Below are positions 1-12,676 of a stretch of DNA of 64,000 nt, one piece after another (the first letter of the stretch is position 1; the number at the start of each line of letters is the position of its first letter). The DNA comes from Halopseudomonas sp. (GTDB taxonomy: Bacteria; Pseudomonadota; Gammaproteobacteria; Pseudomonadales; Pseudomonadaceae): assembly GCF_041579695.1 (NCBI RefSeq), contig NZ_JBFGFI010000001.1:15369-79368 (forward strand), given 5' to 3'. The notes beneath the pieces were generated by a model. That model worked only from the letters and a program-made list of their open reading frames with translations, did no database searches and was not told where the DNA came from. Position numbers and translations under genes: made by a program.

Positions 1-1
1 A

Positions 2-1969
<1,968 letters not shown>

Positions 1970-2073
1970 CTGTGGCACCACCGGCTCCCCCGGCAAGACA
2001 GATTTGGCAATCCCTTGCCTAACCCGGATAATGACCGGCTTTCCACAGGCAGATGCCGGATACCCGAACGCAT

Positions 2074-3819
2074 ATGAAAAACCTTATCAGCCAGTTGCTC
2101 GCCAGTGCCGTCAACCGCCTCCAGAACGAAGGCGTGTTGCCTGCCGACATCGTGCCCTCCATTCAGGTCGAAATAGCACGTGACAAGGCCCACGGGGACT
2201 TTGCCAGCAATCTGGCCATGACCCTGGCCAAGCCGGCCCGAATGAAGCCCCGGGATCTGGCGGAAAAAATTGTGGCGGCGATGCCCGACCACGAAGCAAT
2301 CGCCGAGGTAGGCATTGCCGGGCCGGGCTTTATCAATATCTTCCAGAGCAGGCAGTGGCTGGCCACCCGTCTGGATGAGGCCCTGCAGCATGAACGCCTG
2401 GGCGTGCCGGAAGCACATCCGCTGCAGCGGGTGGTGGTCGACTACTCCTCACCCAACCTGGCGAAGGAGATGCATGTAGGTCACCTGCGCTCGACGATCA
2501 TCGGCGACGCGGTGACCCGGGTTCTCGAATATCTCGGTCACGAGGTAATACGCCAGAATCACGTGGGCGACTGGGGCACCCAGTTCGGCATGCTACTGGC
2601 TTACCTGGAAGAACACAGCGTAGACGCTGAGGCCGAGCTGGCCGATCTGGAAAACTTCTACCGCCAGGCCAAGCAGCGTTTTGACGAAAGCCCGGAATTT
2701 GCCGACCTAGCGCGTGAACGCGTGGTCCAGCTCCAGGCCGGCGATCCCCAGTGCCTGACACTCTGGGACAGGTTCAACAGCATTTCCCTCGGCCATTGCC
2801 AGGCAGTGTATGACCGGCTCGGCGTCAGCCTGACTACCGCCGATGTACGCGGTGAAAGCGCCTACAACGATCAGCTTTCCAGTGTGGTGGAGCAGCTTCG
2901 CAAGACTGGCCTGCTGACCGAAAGCCAGGGCGCACAATGCGTATTCCTCGACCAGTTCAAGAATGCCGAAGGCGAGCCCCTACCGGTGATTATCCAGAAG
3001 GCCGGCGGCGGCTATCTGTACGCCACGTCCGATCTGGCGGCAATGCGCTACCGCTACACCCAGCTCGGGGCTGATCGTGTGCTGTATTTTGTCGATCAAC
3101 GTCAGGCACTGCATTTCCAGCAGGTCTTTGCAGTTGCCCGCCTCGCTGGCTTCGTACCGGAAAGCATGCAGCTCGAGCACATGGGCTTTGGCACCATGAA
3201 CGGGCCCGACGGCAGGCCCTTCAAGACCCGCTCCGGTGGCACCATCAAACTCACCGACCTGCTTGACGAAGCCGAACAGCGCGCGCACCAGCTGGTCGCG
3301 CAGAAAAATCCCGAGCTGGCCGAGAGCGAGCTGCGCGGGATCGGCCATGCAGTGGGCATCGGCGCGGTGAAATATGCCGATCTGTCCAAGCATCGCAGCA
3401 GCGACTACAACTTCAACTTCGAACAGATGCTGAGCTTCGAGGGCAATACGGCTCCTTATCTGATGTACGCCTATACCCGAGTCGCCAGCGTGTTCCGCAA
3501 ACTCGAGCGCAGCATGGCGCAGCTTGACGACCTGGGGCCAATGCAACTCGAACAGCCCGCCGAGGTCGAACTGGGAGCGCATCTGGCGCAGTTTGCCTCG
3601 ACGCTGGATTATGTCGCCCGAGAAGGCACACCTCATGTACTCTGCCACTATCTATATGAACTGGCCGGGCGGTTTTCCAGCTTCTACGAGCAATGCCCGA
3701 TCCTGGCCGCTGAGGAGCCGGCCCAGCGCGACAGCCGTCTGCGCCTGGCGGCCCTGACCGGTCGCACCCTGAAGCAGGGACTCGACCTGCTCGGCATCGA
3801 CACCCTGGAGCGCATGTAA
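2074..3819 (+). CDS. argS: Arginine-tRNA ligase
   Basis: [16 protein letters not shown] (HIGH-type), [19 protein letters not shown]; ATG at 2074. Confidence 0.97.
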   Translation: MKNLISQLLASAVNRLQNEGVLPADIVPSIQVEIARDKAHGDFASNLAMTLAKPARMKPRDLAEKIVAAMPDHEAIAEVGIAGPGFINIFQSRQWLATRLDEALQHERLGVPEAHPLQRVVVDYSSPNLAKEMHVGHLRSTIIGDAVTRVLEYLGHEVIRQNHVGDWGTQFGMLLAYLEEHSVDAEAELADLENFYRQAKQRFDESPEFADLARERVVQLQAGDPQCLTLWDRFNSISLGHCQAVYDRLGVSLTTADVRGESAYNDQLSSVVEQLRKTGLLTESQGAQCVFLDQFKNAEGEPLPVIIQKAGGGYLYATSDLAAMRYRYTQLGADRVLYFVDQRQALHFQQVFAVARLAGFVPESMQLEHMGFGTMNGPDGRPFKTRSGGTIKLTDLLDEAEQRAHQLVAQKNPELAESELRGIGHAVGIGAVKYADLSKHRSSDYNFNFEQMLSFEGNTAPYLMYAYTRVASVFRKLERSMAQLDDLGPMQLEQPAEVELGAHLAQFASTLDYVAREGTPHVLCHYLYELAGRFSSFYEQCPILAAEEPAQRDSRLRLAALTGRTLKQGLDLLGIDTLERM

Positions 3820-3824
3820 GCAGT

Positions 3825-4415
3825 ATGGCCAAAGCACGCAAAGCCCCCAGACGCGGCGCCAGCCGGCAGCAGCCCGCGCCACGCCGCGCTATTCCAGGCT
3901 GGCTCTGGCTGGTCAGCGGACTGGCCATAGGCCTGTTCGTCGCCTTCCTGTTCCAGCTTGAGCCCGGGCGTGAAACAGTCAAGCGCGACAAGACCCCACC
4001 CACCCCGCCGCCGAGTCAGAGCAGCAAGGCGAGTGGGGAGCCCCGCTACGATTTCTACACCCTCCTGCCGGAGTCCGAAGTGATCGTGCCCCAGGGCGGT
4101 GCGCCAGACGTTCCTCCAGAGGCCGAAACCCCCTCCGACGGTGATACCGTAGCCGCGGCAGATACACGCACGCGGTTTTTCCTGCAGGCAGGCTCGTTCC
4201 GCAAGCAGGCCGAGGCCGATCGGGTCCGCGCACAAATACTGTTGCTCGGTCTCAATGTGCGCCTGGAAGATGCCCGCCTCGACAGCGGTGATGTCTGGTA
4301 CCGCGTGCAGGTCGGACCCTACACGGATCGCACCAAGCTGAGCGATGCCCAGAAGGTCCTTACCGGTAACGGCTTCGACAACCTGCTGTTGCAGCAGCGC
4401 GACGCCAAGCCCTGA
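3825..4415 (+). CDS. SPOR-domain cell division protein (FtsN-like)
   Basis: N-terminal TM helix, Pro-rich linker, C-terminal FLQAGSF...WYRVQVGPY SPOR domain; usual position between argS and hslV. Confidence 0.88.
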   Translation: MAKARKAPRRGASRQQPAPRRAIPGWLWLVSGLAIGLFVAFLFQLEPGRETVKRDKTPPTPPPSQSSKASGEPRYDFYTLLPESEVIVPQGGAPDVPPEAETPSDGDTVAAADTRTRFFLQAGSFRKQAEADRVRAQILLLGLNVRLEDARLDSGDVWYRVQVGPYTDRTKLSDAQKVLTGNGFDNLLLQQRDAKP

Positions 4416-4463
4416 AAATAGCCCCGTTCGGGGCTGTTCCGATTACCAGTAGCACAATCGCAA

Positions 4464-4492
4464 CTTGAAATAGCCATGGGCGCCCCAAGATA
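4464..4492 (+). promoter_or_regulatory. Probable sigma32 (RpoH) promoter of hslVU
   Basis: CTTGAAA (4464-4470), 12-nt spacer, CCCCAAGATA (4483-4492) upstream of a known heat-shock operon. Confidence 0.6.
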
Positions 4493-4559
4493 CGTTGAAA
4501 GGGGCCAGCCCTGCTGCACCCCCTCCATTTCATTCAGACCAGCCAACCAGGAGTTGCGC

Positions 4560-5090
4560 GTGACTACAATCGTATCTGTTCGTCGGCACGGCAAGGTCGT
4601 GATCGGCGGCGATGGCCAGGTATCCCTGGGCAATACCGTGATGAAAGGCAATGCCCGCAAAGTTCGCCGCCTCTACAAGGATCAGGTCATCGCCGGTTTT
4701 GCCGGCGGCACAGCGGATGCGTTCACGCTGTTCGAGCGCTTCGAGGCGCAACTGGAAAAACACCAGGGCAACCTGGTCCGCGCTGCCGTGGAGCTGGCCA
4801 AAGACTGGCGCACCGACCGCGCACTACGCCGGCTTGAAGCCCTGCTGGCTGTGGCCAACAAGGACGCATCGCTGATCATCACCGGCAACGGCGATGTTAT
4901 CGAACCTGAAGAGGGCCTGATCGCCATAGGTTCTGGCGGACCTTTTGCCCAGGCCGCAGCCAGCGCCCTGCTGCGCCACACTGATCTGTCCGCCCGCGAG
5001 ATTGTCGAATCAAGCTTGAACATTGCCGGCGAAATCTGCATCTATACCAATCACAACCAGACAATCGAGGAGCTGGACGCCAATACCTGA
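4560..5090 (+). CDS. hslV: ATP-dependent protease peptidase subunit
   Basis: GTG start, then TTIVSVRR (N-terminal Thr nucleophile), [15 protein letters not shown]. Confidence 0.97.
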   Translation: MTTIVSVRRHGKVVIGGDGQVSLGNTVMKGNARKVRRLYKDQVIAGFAGGTADAFTLFERFEAQLEKHQGNLVRAAVELAKDWRTDRALRRLEALLAVANKDASLIITGNGDVIEPEEGLIAIGSGGPFAQAAASALLRHTDLSAREIVESSLNIAGEICIYTNHNQTIEELDANT

Positions 5091-5109
5091 GGCGGCCGGA
5101 AGCATAAGC

Positions 5110-6450
5110 ATGTCCATGACCCCACGCGAGATTGTCCATGAACTGGACCGCTACATCATTGGCCAGCAGGACGCCAAGCGCGCCGTAGCCATCGCCCTGC
5201 GCAATCGCTGGCGGCGTCAGCAGCTACCTGATGCGCTGCGCAACGAAGTCACCCCCAAGAACATCCTGATGATTGGCCCGACCGGCGTTGGCAAGACCGA
5301 AATAGCCCGTCGCCTGGCCAAGCTGGCCCAGGCTCCGTTCATCAAGGTTGAAGCGACCAAGTTCACCGAGGTCGGCTACGTTGGCCGCGACGTCGAGTCG
5401 ATCATTCGCGATCTGGTGGATGCGGCACTGAAGATGCTGCGGGTACAGGAAATCGAGAAGGTCGGCCACCGCGCCGAAGACGCCGCCGAGGAGCGTATTC
5501 TTGATGCATTGCTGCCCCCCGCCCGGCAAGGCGCGAGCGACCAGCCCGCGAAGGACGACAGCAGTACCCGCCAGCTTTTCCGCAAGCGCCTGCGCGAAGG
5601 CCAGCTGGATGACAAGGAAATCGAGATCGACGTCGCTGATACGCCTATCGGCGTCGAGATCATGTCGCCACCCGGCATGGAAGAAATGACCAGTCAGTTG
5701 CAGAGCATGTTTTCCAGCTTCGGTAAGGAAAAGCGCAAAACGCGCAAGCTTACCGTCAAGGAAGCCTTCAAGCTGATCCGTGACGAGGAAGCCGCACAAC
5801 TGGTCAATGAAGAAGAACTGAAGGCCAAGGCCATCGAGGCAGTGGAGCAGAATGGCATTGTATTTCTCGACGAAATCGACAAGGTCAGCAAACGCGCAGA
5901 CAGCGGCAGCGGCGCTGACGTCTCTCGCGAAGGTGTACAGCGCGATCTGCTGCCATTGATCGAAGGCTGCACGGTCAACACCAAGTTCGGCATGGTCAAG
6001 ACCGACCATATCCTGTTCATCGCCTCGGGCGCGTTTCACCTGACCAAGCCCTCGGATCTGATCCCCGAGCTGCAGGGCCGCCTGCCTATCCGGGTCGAAC
6101 TCAAGTCCCTGACTCCCGGCGATTTCGAGCGAATCCTGACTGAGCCGGATGCGTCGCTGACCGAGCAGTATCGCGCGCTGATGGACACCGAAGGGCTGAC
6201 TATCGAGTTTGCCGATGAAGCCGTCACTCGCCTGGCCGAGATCGCCTGGCAGGTCAACGAGAAAACCGAGAACATCGGCGCACGCCGACTGCATACTGTG
6301 CTCGAGCGGCTGCTGGAAGAAATATCCTTCAGCGCAGCTGATCTCGCCTCCTCGCAGGATGGCGCGGCAATGGTGATCGATGCCGCCTATGTCGATGAGC
6401 ACTTGGGTGAACTGGCAGTGAACGAGGATCTATCGCGGTATATTCTCTAG
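5110..6450 (+). CDS. hslU: ATP-dependent protease ATPase subunit
   Basis: [36 protein letters not shown]-terminal DLSRYIL. Confidence 0.97.
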   Translation: MSMTPREIVHELDRYIIGQQDAKRAVAIALRNRWRRQQLPDALRNEVTPKNILMIGPTGVGKTEIARRLAKLAQAPFIKVEATKFTEVGYVGRDVESIIRDLVDAALKMLRVQEIEKVGHRAEDAAEERILDALLPPARQGASDQPAKDDSSTRQLFRKRLREGQLDDKEIEIDVADTPIGVEIMSPPGMEEMTSQLQSMFSSFGKEKRKTRKLTVKEAFKLIRDEEAAQLVNEEELKAKAIEAVEQNGIVFLDEIDKVSKRADSGSGADVSREGVQRDLLPLIEGCTVNTKFGMVKTDHILFIASGAFHLTKPSDLIPELQGRLPIRVELKSLTPGDFERILTEPDASLTEQYRALMDTEGLTIEFADEAVTRLAEIAWQVNEKTENIGARRLHTVLERLLEEISFSAADLASSQDGAAMVIDAAYVDEHLGELAVNEDLSRYIL

Positions 6451-6544
6451 AACAAGCTGGACGTTTTGAGCTGGAAGCAGACCGTGCACATCGCAGTCTC
6501 TGCTTCTGGTTTCCAGTCTCGACTTTGCCTCTCAGGACCTCCCG

Positions 6545-6925
6545 ATGCCAGCACCGATCCCGACGACCATCAAACTTCGAAAAGCCTCGCGCAGCCTCCT
6601 TTTGGGTTATGCCGATGGTCAGGAGTATGTACTACCGGCCGAGTATCTGCGGGTATATTCACCCTCGGCCGAGGTCCGCGGGCACGGCAAGCCGGTACTG
6701 CAAACCGGCAAACAGCATGTAGGACTGGTGGGCGCCGAGCCTGCTGGACGCTATGCGCTAAAGCTGACATTCGACGATGGTCATGACAGCGGGCTGTATA
6801 CCTGGGACTACTTGTACGAACTCGCCGTTGAGCAAACTAGCCGCTGGCAGGCCTACCTTGATCAGCTGCAAAAAGCAGGCGCCAGCCGCGATCCGCATAC
6901 CAGTACGGTGCGCTTGGTTCCCTAA
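6545..6925 (+). CDS. DUF971 / gamma-butyrobetaine hydroxylase-like N-terminal domain protein
   Basis: AEYLRVYSPSAEVRGH and YALKLTFDDGHDSGLYTW; usual position after hslU. Confidence 0.85.
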   Translation: MPAPIPTTIKLRKASRSLLLGYADGQEYVLPAEYLRVYSPSAEVRGHGKPVLQTGKQHVGLVGAEPAGRYALKLTFDDGHDSGLYTWDYLYELAVEQTSRWQAYLDQLQKAGASRDPHTSTVRLVP

Positions 6926-7139
6926 AGCAAACGCACTGTTCTTTTCTTGTATACCCGTCTCCCGGCCAGTTATCGCCGGCCTGGCCGAGAAAATCTTTTT
7001 AACAGCAGCATCAGGCCATGCTAAGTTGTCTCATATGAACACACTTTCTGGCGATCTGCCGTTTTCCTAACAGCTCGCCAAGCCGTAATTCCCGAACTGT
7101 CAGCAATGGCTGAAAACTGCTACTACGGAGCTTTACCCG

Positions 7140-8819
7140 ATGGCCCAAAACAAGAATGAAGAACTCAGCACAAGAGCCAGCGAGAGTATCCTGGGACCCA
7201 ACCCAGTAATTGGTGCGCCCACGCGCGACATAATCAGTACCGCCAGACAGGTCATGCGCCAGACGGTCAAACAGCCGGTGCACAGCCTCAAGCATATCGG
7301 TCACCTGTCGATGGCAGTGACCAAAGTCATGCTTGGCCGCTCTGAAATAGCCCCGGCACCGGAAGACAAGCGCTTTCTGGACCCCACCTGGAGTCAGAAC
7401 CCCCTGTACCGCCGCTACATGCAGAGCTATCTGGCCTGGCGCACCGAGCTGAACGATTGGATCACCTCATCCAACCTGCCGGAACAGGATGTCACGCGAG
7501 CACAGTTTGTTATCTCACTGCTCACCGAAGCCATGGCACCGACCAACACGGCGCTCAATCCGGCAGCGGTGAAACGCTTTTTTGAAACCGGCGGCAAGAG
7601 CATCCTAGACGGTCTGACTCATATGGCCCAGGACATCGCCAATAACGGCGGCATGCCCAGCCAGGTCAACATGAATGCGTTCGAGGTGGGCAAGAACCTC
7701 GCCGTCACCAAGGGCTCGGTGGTGTTTCGCAACGAGGTACTGGAGCTGATCCAGTACAAGCCACTGACCGAGGAAGTCTACGAACGCCCGGTACTGGTGG
7801 TACCGCCACAGATCAACAAATTCTATGTGTTCGACCTGTCACCGGAAAAGAGTCTGGCCCGCTACCTGACCGCAAACCACATGCAGACCTTTGTCGTGAG
7901 CTGGCGCAATCCGACCAAGGCCCAGCGCGAATGGGGTCTGACGACCTATATCGAGGCCCTGAAAGAGGCCATTGACGTCGTCCTGGAGATCACCGGGAGC
8001 AAGGATCTGAGCATGCTAGGCGCCTGCTCCGGCGGTATCACCACCGCTTCCCTGCTCGGCCACTATGCGGCTCTGAAAGAAAAGAAGGTCCACGCCTTTA
8101 CCTTGCTGGTCAGCGTTCTCGACACCGGCATCAAGACGCAGGTCGCGCTCTTTGCCGACGAGCGCTCGATTGAAGCTGCGCGACGGATGTCCTATCAGAA
8201 TGGCGTGCTGGAAGGCAAAGACATGGCCAAGGTGTTTGCCTGGATGCGCCCCAATGACCTGATCTGGAACTACTGGGTGAACAACTACCTGCTGGGCAAT
8301 GAGCCGCCGGTATTCGACATCCTGTTCTGGAACAACGATACTACGCGCCTGCCTGCGGCCCTCCATGGCGAGTTCCTGGAGATGTTCAAGACCAACCCGC
8401 TGACCCGACCCAAGGCCCTGGAAGTGTGCGGCACGCCCATCGACCTCAAGCAGGTCAAGGCCGACTTTTTCTGTATCGCGGGACTCAACGACCATATCAC
8501 TCCGTGGGATGCCTGTTACAAGTCCGCCAAGCTGTTGGGTGGCAAGTGTGAGTTTGTGCTTTCCTCAAGCGGTCACATTCAGAGCATCCTGAACCCGCCA
8601 GGCAATCCCAAATCGCGTTTTTTCACCAATACGCACATGCCCGACGATCCCAAGCAGTGGCTCGAGACCGCCACCAAACAGTCGGACTCCTGGTGGGCCT
8701 ACTGGCGCGACTGGCTGCACGCCCGTGGTGGCAAGATCAAGCCGGCGCCCGCAAAGCTGGGCAACGAAAACTATCCGCCGATGGAAGCGGCGCCCGGGAC
8801 TTACGTCCACGAACGCTAG
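7140..8819 (+). CDS. phaC1: Class II poly(3-hydroxyalkanoate) synthase 1
   Basis: PhaC box LGACSGG, DHITPW, SSGHIQSILNPP, RPNDLIWNYWVNNYLLG. Confidence 0.96.
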   Translation: MAQNKNEELSTRASESILGPNPVIGAPTRDIISTARQVMRQTVKQPVHSLKHIGHLSMAVTKVMLGRSEIAPAPEDKRFLDPTWSQNPLYRRYMQSYLAWRTELNDWITSSNLPEQDVTRAQFVISLLTEAMAPTNTALNPAAVKRFFETGGKSILDGLTHMAQDIANNGGMPSQVNMNAFEVGKNLAVTKGSVVFRNEVLELIQYKPLTEEVYERPVLVVPPQINKFYVFDLSPEKSLARYLTANHMQTFVVSWRNPTKAQREWGLTTYIEALKEAIDVVLEITGSKDLSMLGACSGGITTASLLGHYAALKEKKVHAFTLLVSVLDTGIKTQVALFADERSIEAARRMSYQNGVLEGKDMAKVFAWMRPNDLIWNYWVNNYLLGNEPPVFDILFWNNDTTRLPAALHGEFLEMFKTNPLTRPKALEVCGTPIDLKQVKADFFCIAGLNDHITPWDACYKSAKLLGGKCEFVLSSSGHIQSILNPPGNPKSRFFTNTHMPDDPKQWLETATKQSDSWWAYWRDWLHARGGKIKPAPAKLGNENYPPMEAAPGTYVHER

Positions 8820-8842
8820 GAGCGTTTAACCGAGATCGATAC

Positions 8843-9700
8843 ATGCCTCAGAATTTTGTATTTCGCACCATTGAGCTCAATGGTCAGTTTTTGAGAACTG
8901 CCGTGCGGCCGGGCACCAGCAACCTTCCACCGCTGCTGGTCTTCAATGGCATCGGGGCGAACCTCGAACTGGTTTTTCCGTTCGTCAAGGCTCTGGATCC
9001 GGACCTGGAAGTCATCGTATTCGACGCGCCCGGTGTCGGCGGCTCATCAACGCCCGGGACACCGTTCCGCTTTCCGGGCCTGGCCAGGCTTGCCGCACGG
9101 ATGCTCGACTATCTCGATTACGGCCAGGTCAATGTGATCGGCGTCTCATGGGGCGGTGCACTGGCACAGCAATTTGCCCACGATTATCCAGAGCGCTGCA
9201 AGAAACTGATTCTGGCAGCCACCTCTCCGGGCTTCTTCATGGTGCCGGGCAGACCTCACGTGCTGCTGAAAATGGCCAGCCCAAGGCGTTACATTCAGCC
9301 TTCCCACGTGCTCAAGATTGCACCTGACATCTACGGCGGCGGATTCCGCCGGGATCCGGACCTCGCTCGCGGCCACGCTTCCAAGGTTCGCTCGTCCGGC
9401 AAGTTGGGTTATTACTGGCAACTGGCGGCAGGCCTGGGGTGGACCAGCATCCACTGGTTGCACAAGATCCGGCAGCCTACGTTGGTAATGGCTGGCGACG
9501 ACGACCCACTCATTCCGCTGGTCAACATGCGCATGATCGCCTGGCGTATTCCGAACTCCGAGCTGCATGTAATCGACGACGGCCACTTGTTTCTGATTAC
9601 CCGCGCCGGGGCTGTCGCTCCAATCATCATGCGCTTCCTCGCCGAAGAGCGGCAACCAGCGGTTATCCGGCCGCGCGTCGAGCAGGTTGCAAAACACTGA
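8843..9700 (+). CDS. phaZ: Intracellular mcl-PHA depolymerase
   Basis: FNGIGANLEL, lipase box GVSWGG, DDPLIP, DDGHLF; follows phaC1. Confidence 0.96.
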   Translation: MPQNFVFRTIELNGQFLRTAVRPGTSNLPPLLVFNGIGANLELVFPFVKALDPDLEVIVFDAPGVGGSSTPGTPFRFPGLARLAARMLDYLDYGQVNVIGVSWGGALAQQFAHDYPERCKKLILAATSPGFFMVPGRPHVLLKMASPRRYIQPSHVLKIAPDIYGGGFRRDPDLARGHASKVRSSGKLGYYWQLAAGLGWTSIHWLHKIRQPTLVMAGDDDPLIPLVNMRMIAWRIPNSELHVIDDGHLFLITRAGAVAPIIMRFLAEERQPAVIRPRVEQVAKH

Positions 9701-9788
9701 TTGCACCGCGCGGCCAGGGCAACACCGTGCCGGGCAGATGGAGTAGACTGCAAAATCATCCCTTTTGTATCTGGACAAGGACCGCTGG

Positions 9789-11426
9789 ATGCCCGAGAGC
9801 AGTGCCCACACCGGATCGGCGGAGCTGGCAGGCGATCTCGTTGACAGCCTGCACGCGTTGCTGAAAACGCTGCCGGAACAACACTCCCACCACCTTCGCC
9901 ATATCACTGCGCTGGCCCGCCAGCTGCTGAGCGCGGCAAGCGGATCGGGGTCACTCCCCGTTCCACCGCGCGAAAGTCGATTCGATCATCCCGCCTGGCA
10001 ATCCAACGCCCTGCTCCAGCGTGCGCTGCAAGTCTGGCTAGGCAGTAATGCTCAGTACCAGCAATGGCTGGACGGCCTGGACATTGCCGAACCTGACCGC
10101 GCCCGCCTGCGCCAGGCTGGCGACATCGTCAGCGCCCTGCTCGCACCCAGCAATACCCTGCTCAATCCGGAAATACGTCAGCGCCTGCATGAGACACGCG
10201 GGGCCAGCCTCTGTCAGGGAGCGCGGAATCTGGCAACCGACCTGCTACTGCAGCAGCCATTGGCTCCGCTGTGCGCAGAAAACGCGTTCCATGTAGGGCG
10301 CGATCTGGCGGGTAGCCCCGGCCAGGTAATACTGCGCGAGCCGCTCTTCGAGCTCATCCAGTACAGACCCACCACGAGCCAGACCCATGCCAGACCGCTA
10401 CTGATCGTGCCGCCACCGCTCAACCGGTTCTATCTGCTGGATCTGACCCAACGTACCAGCCTGGTCAGGCATGCGCTGGATCAGGGGCTGCAGGTGTTTC
10501 TGATCAGTTGGCGCAACCCACGAACAGAACATAGCGAATGGGGCTTCAACCATTACGTGAGCGCCTGCGATCGCGCGCTTGAGGCCACAAGCGAAGTCGC
10601 CGGGGGTGTGCCGGCGAGCCTGCTCGGGGTATGCGCCGGCGGCGTGCTCGGCCTATTGCTGCAGGGAGTGCTGCACTGCCGCGGCCAGGCCGCCAGGATC
10701 AGCGCCGCCAGCTATCTGGTCACGCCAATCGATGCGCGGCTCGATACCGGCCTGCTGCGCATGTGCGGGCCGGCCGCGCGTCAGCAGCTGCGGGCCAGAG
10801 TCTGGCGCCACGGGTACCTGCCGGCGGCAGATCTTGCCCGTGCATTTTCCTGGCAACGACCGCACGAGTTCGTCTGTCCGCAAGCACTGGACCGCTACGC
10901 AATGGGCCGCGACCCGACCCCGCGCACCATCCTGTCCTGGAGTCAGGACTGCACCCGCCTGCCTGCGCGTCTGGTCGAGGATCTGCTCGATTATTTCGAG
11001 CGTGACCCCTTTGTCCGCCCTGCGAGCCTGGTAGTGCAGGGGTGCGCCATCGATCTCAGTGCGCTCACCACACCCAGCTGGCATATGGGCGCGCAACATG
11101 ACCACATCGTACCCTTTGCCAACAGCTTTCCGGCTGGCCGGCTGGGCGGTGACAGCGTTTTCGTGCAAAGCCACAGCGGACATATCCAGAGTCTGGTCAA
11201 TCCATCCGATCATGCGGGCGCCTGGTTTCGCGCAGGCGCTGTCGGAGCCGGCGCTTTACCCCATTGGCTGGCGGAAAATCAAATGCAGACAGGAAGCTGG
11301 CGACACCACTGGGCAACCTGGCTGAAGAGCCACAGCGGTCCGTTGGGCCGAGCCCCTTCACAGCTCGGCAACCCGACGTTTGCGCCCCAGGAGCCGGCTC
11401 CGGGACGCTATGTACACCAGTCATGA
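9789..11426 (+). CDS. phaC2: Strongly diverged class II PHA synthase-like protein at the phaC2 position
   Basis: Colinear with PhaC1 (ELIQY, VPP, FY..DL, SWRNP, EWG). Keeps GVCAGG, HDHIVP and SGHIQSL. AAGGA RBS before ATG 9789. Confidence 0.8.
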   Translation: MPESSAHTGSAELAGDLVDSLHALLKTLPEQHSHHLRHITALARQLLSAASGSGSLPVPPRESRFDHPAWQSNALLQRALQVWLGSNAQYQQWLDGLDIAEPDRARLRQAGDIVSALLAPSNTLLNPEIRQRLHETRGASLCQGARNLATDLLLQQPLAPLCAENAFHVGRDLAGSPGQVILREPLFELIQYRPTTSQTHARPLLIVPPPLNRFYLLDLTQRTSLVRHALDQGLQVFLISWRNPRTEHSEWGFNHYVSACDRALEATSEVAGGVPASLLGVCAGGVLGLLLQGVLHCRGQAARISAASYLVTPIDARLDTGLLRMCGPAARQQLRARVWRHGYLPAADLARAFSWQRPHEFVCPQALDRYAMGRDPTPRTILSWSQDCTRLPARLVEDLLDYFERDPFVRPASLVVQGCAIDLSALTTPSWHMGAQHDHIVPFANSFPAGRLGGDSVFVQSHSGHIQSLVNPSDHAGAWFRAGAVGAGALPHWLAENQMQTGSWRHHWATWLKSHSGPLGRAPSQLGNPTFAPQEPAPGRYVHQS

Positions 11427-11435
11427 GGAATAGTG

Positions 11436-12050
11436 ATGAAGACACGTGAACGTATCCTGCAATGCGCACTGGAACTGTTCAACGAGCATGGCGAGCCCAA
11501 TGTAACCACGCTGGATATCGCCAACGAGCTGGATATCAGCCCCGGCAATCTGTATTACCACTTTCGCGGCAAAGAGGCCCTGCTGGAAGAGCTGCTCGCC
11601 GACTTCATCGACAGAACGCACGGACTGCTGCATCCGCAAACACATCCCGAAGCGCTCGAGCCAGAGGACTACTGGCTCTTTCTTCACCTGCTGTTCGAAT
11701 CAATCATCACCTATCGCTTCCTGTTCCAGGACCTGTCGAACCTGATGGGCCGTTACAGCCTGATCGCGCGCAGCATGCGGCTATGGGTCGATGCGCTGCG
11801 CTCCACGCTGGGCAGCCTGCTACTCGCCCTGCGCGAACAGCAGCGCTTGCAATGCGACAGCAAGGCTCTGCAGCGCCTGCTCGATGCGCTGTGCCAGACA
11901 GTGCTGTTCTGGCTTGATTATCAGCGCATCAGCCAGCGCGAAGACGGAGAACCCACCGAGGCAGTACAACAGGTGCTGGGGTTGTTGCTGCCCTACCTGG
12001 ATACGGACACCCGCAACTGGATGAGCAACCTGATGGAGCGTTACGACTGA
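11436..12050 (+). CDS. phaD: TetR-family regulator of the pha locus
   Basis: MKTRERILQCALELFNEHGEPNVTTLDIANELDISPGNLYYHF; position after phaC2. Confidence 0.92.
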   Translation: MKTRERILQCALELFNEHGEPNVTTLDIANELDISPGNLYYHFRGKEALLEELLADFIDRTHGLLHPQTHPEALEPEDYWLFLHLLFESIITYRFLFQDLSNLMGRYSLIARSMRLWVDALRSTLGSLLLALREQQRLQCDSKALQRLLDALCQTVLFWLDYQRISQREDGEPTEAVQQVLGLLLPYLDTDTRNWMSNLMERYD

Positions 12051-12084
12051 CGGGTCCTGCATTTGCTCGGCACGGAAAACTGAC

Positions 12085-12108
12085 AAAAAAACCCGACCAT
12101 CGGCCGGG
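12085..12108 (-). terminator. Intrinsic terminator of the extra phasin gene, between convergent genes
   Basis: Minus strand CCCGGCC-GAT-GGTCGGG followed by T7. Confidence 0.75.
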
Positions 12109-12148
12109 CTTCTTCTCCGCTGGCGGCAAAACGGCTGCGGCTATAGCT

Positions 12149-12564
12149 CTATTGAGACTTTTTCAGCGCCTTCGAAACCTCATCAAGCTTGGAATTCAGT
12201 GTCTCCATCTCCCTGCTGCTCGGGATTCCGAAGCGGCTGAGAAATTCTGCGCGACGTTCTTCAAGCGTTTTGGAAACCTTCTGCAGGCGCCCCCGGTAAC
12301 GTCCTCGAAACGGGACTTCAATTCAGCCAACTTCTCGTTGGCGTTGTCTGCCTGCTCGGAGAAGAGCTCCTTGCCCTGCTTCTCCAACTCTTCGCCCTCG
12401 GCGACGAGCGTCTTGAAGTAATCCATGCTGTCCTTGCCGGCCTTGGCGCAGGCGCCCAGCCCTGCCAGCCAGAACTGACGCGTCCGCGTCTTCATCCCGC
12501 CGGAGATCTCGTTGAAAAAGTGCGCCCCTGACTCGAGGATATCGTCTGTTTTTACATTGGCCAT
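12149..12564 (-). pseudogene. Extra PhaI-like phasin interrupted by a single-base frameshift
   Basis: N-half has QFWLAGLGACAKAGKDSMDYFKTLVAEGEELEKQGK. After the G5 run (C5 at 12290-12294 on +) the -1 frame reads RLQKVSKTLEERRAEFLSRFGIPSSREMETLNSKLDEVSKALKKSQ*, matching the PhaI C-terminus. Span is 416 nt, one short of 139 codons. Confidence 0.85.
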
Positions 12565-12676
12565 GATCGTTACTCCCTGCTTGAAAGAAAGGTTCAGGAA
12601 GCTGTGAAACTGAAGCCTCAAAAACAGACTAACCAGTCATTCTAGAAAAACATACTAATGACGTTCTTTAGGCAAT

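Noticed and set aside
6468-6530. Degenerate hairpin (GAAGCAGA...TCTGCTTC) after hslU as a REP or MITE
   Set aside because: Single imperfect copy in the window; no repeat family evident.
7107-7121. TGGCTGAAAACTGCT as a sigma54 promoter for phaC1
   Set aside because: GG-to-GC spacing is 9 nt, not the required 10.
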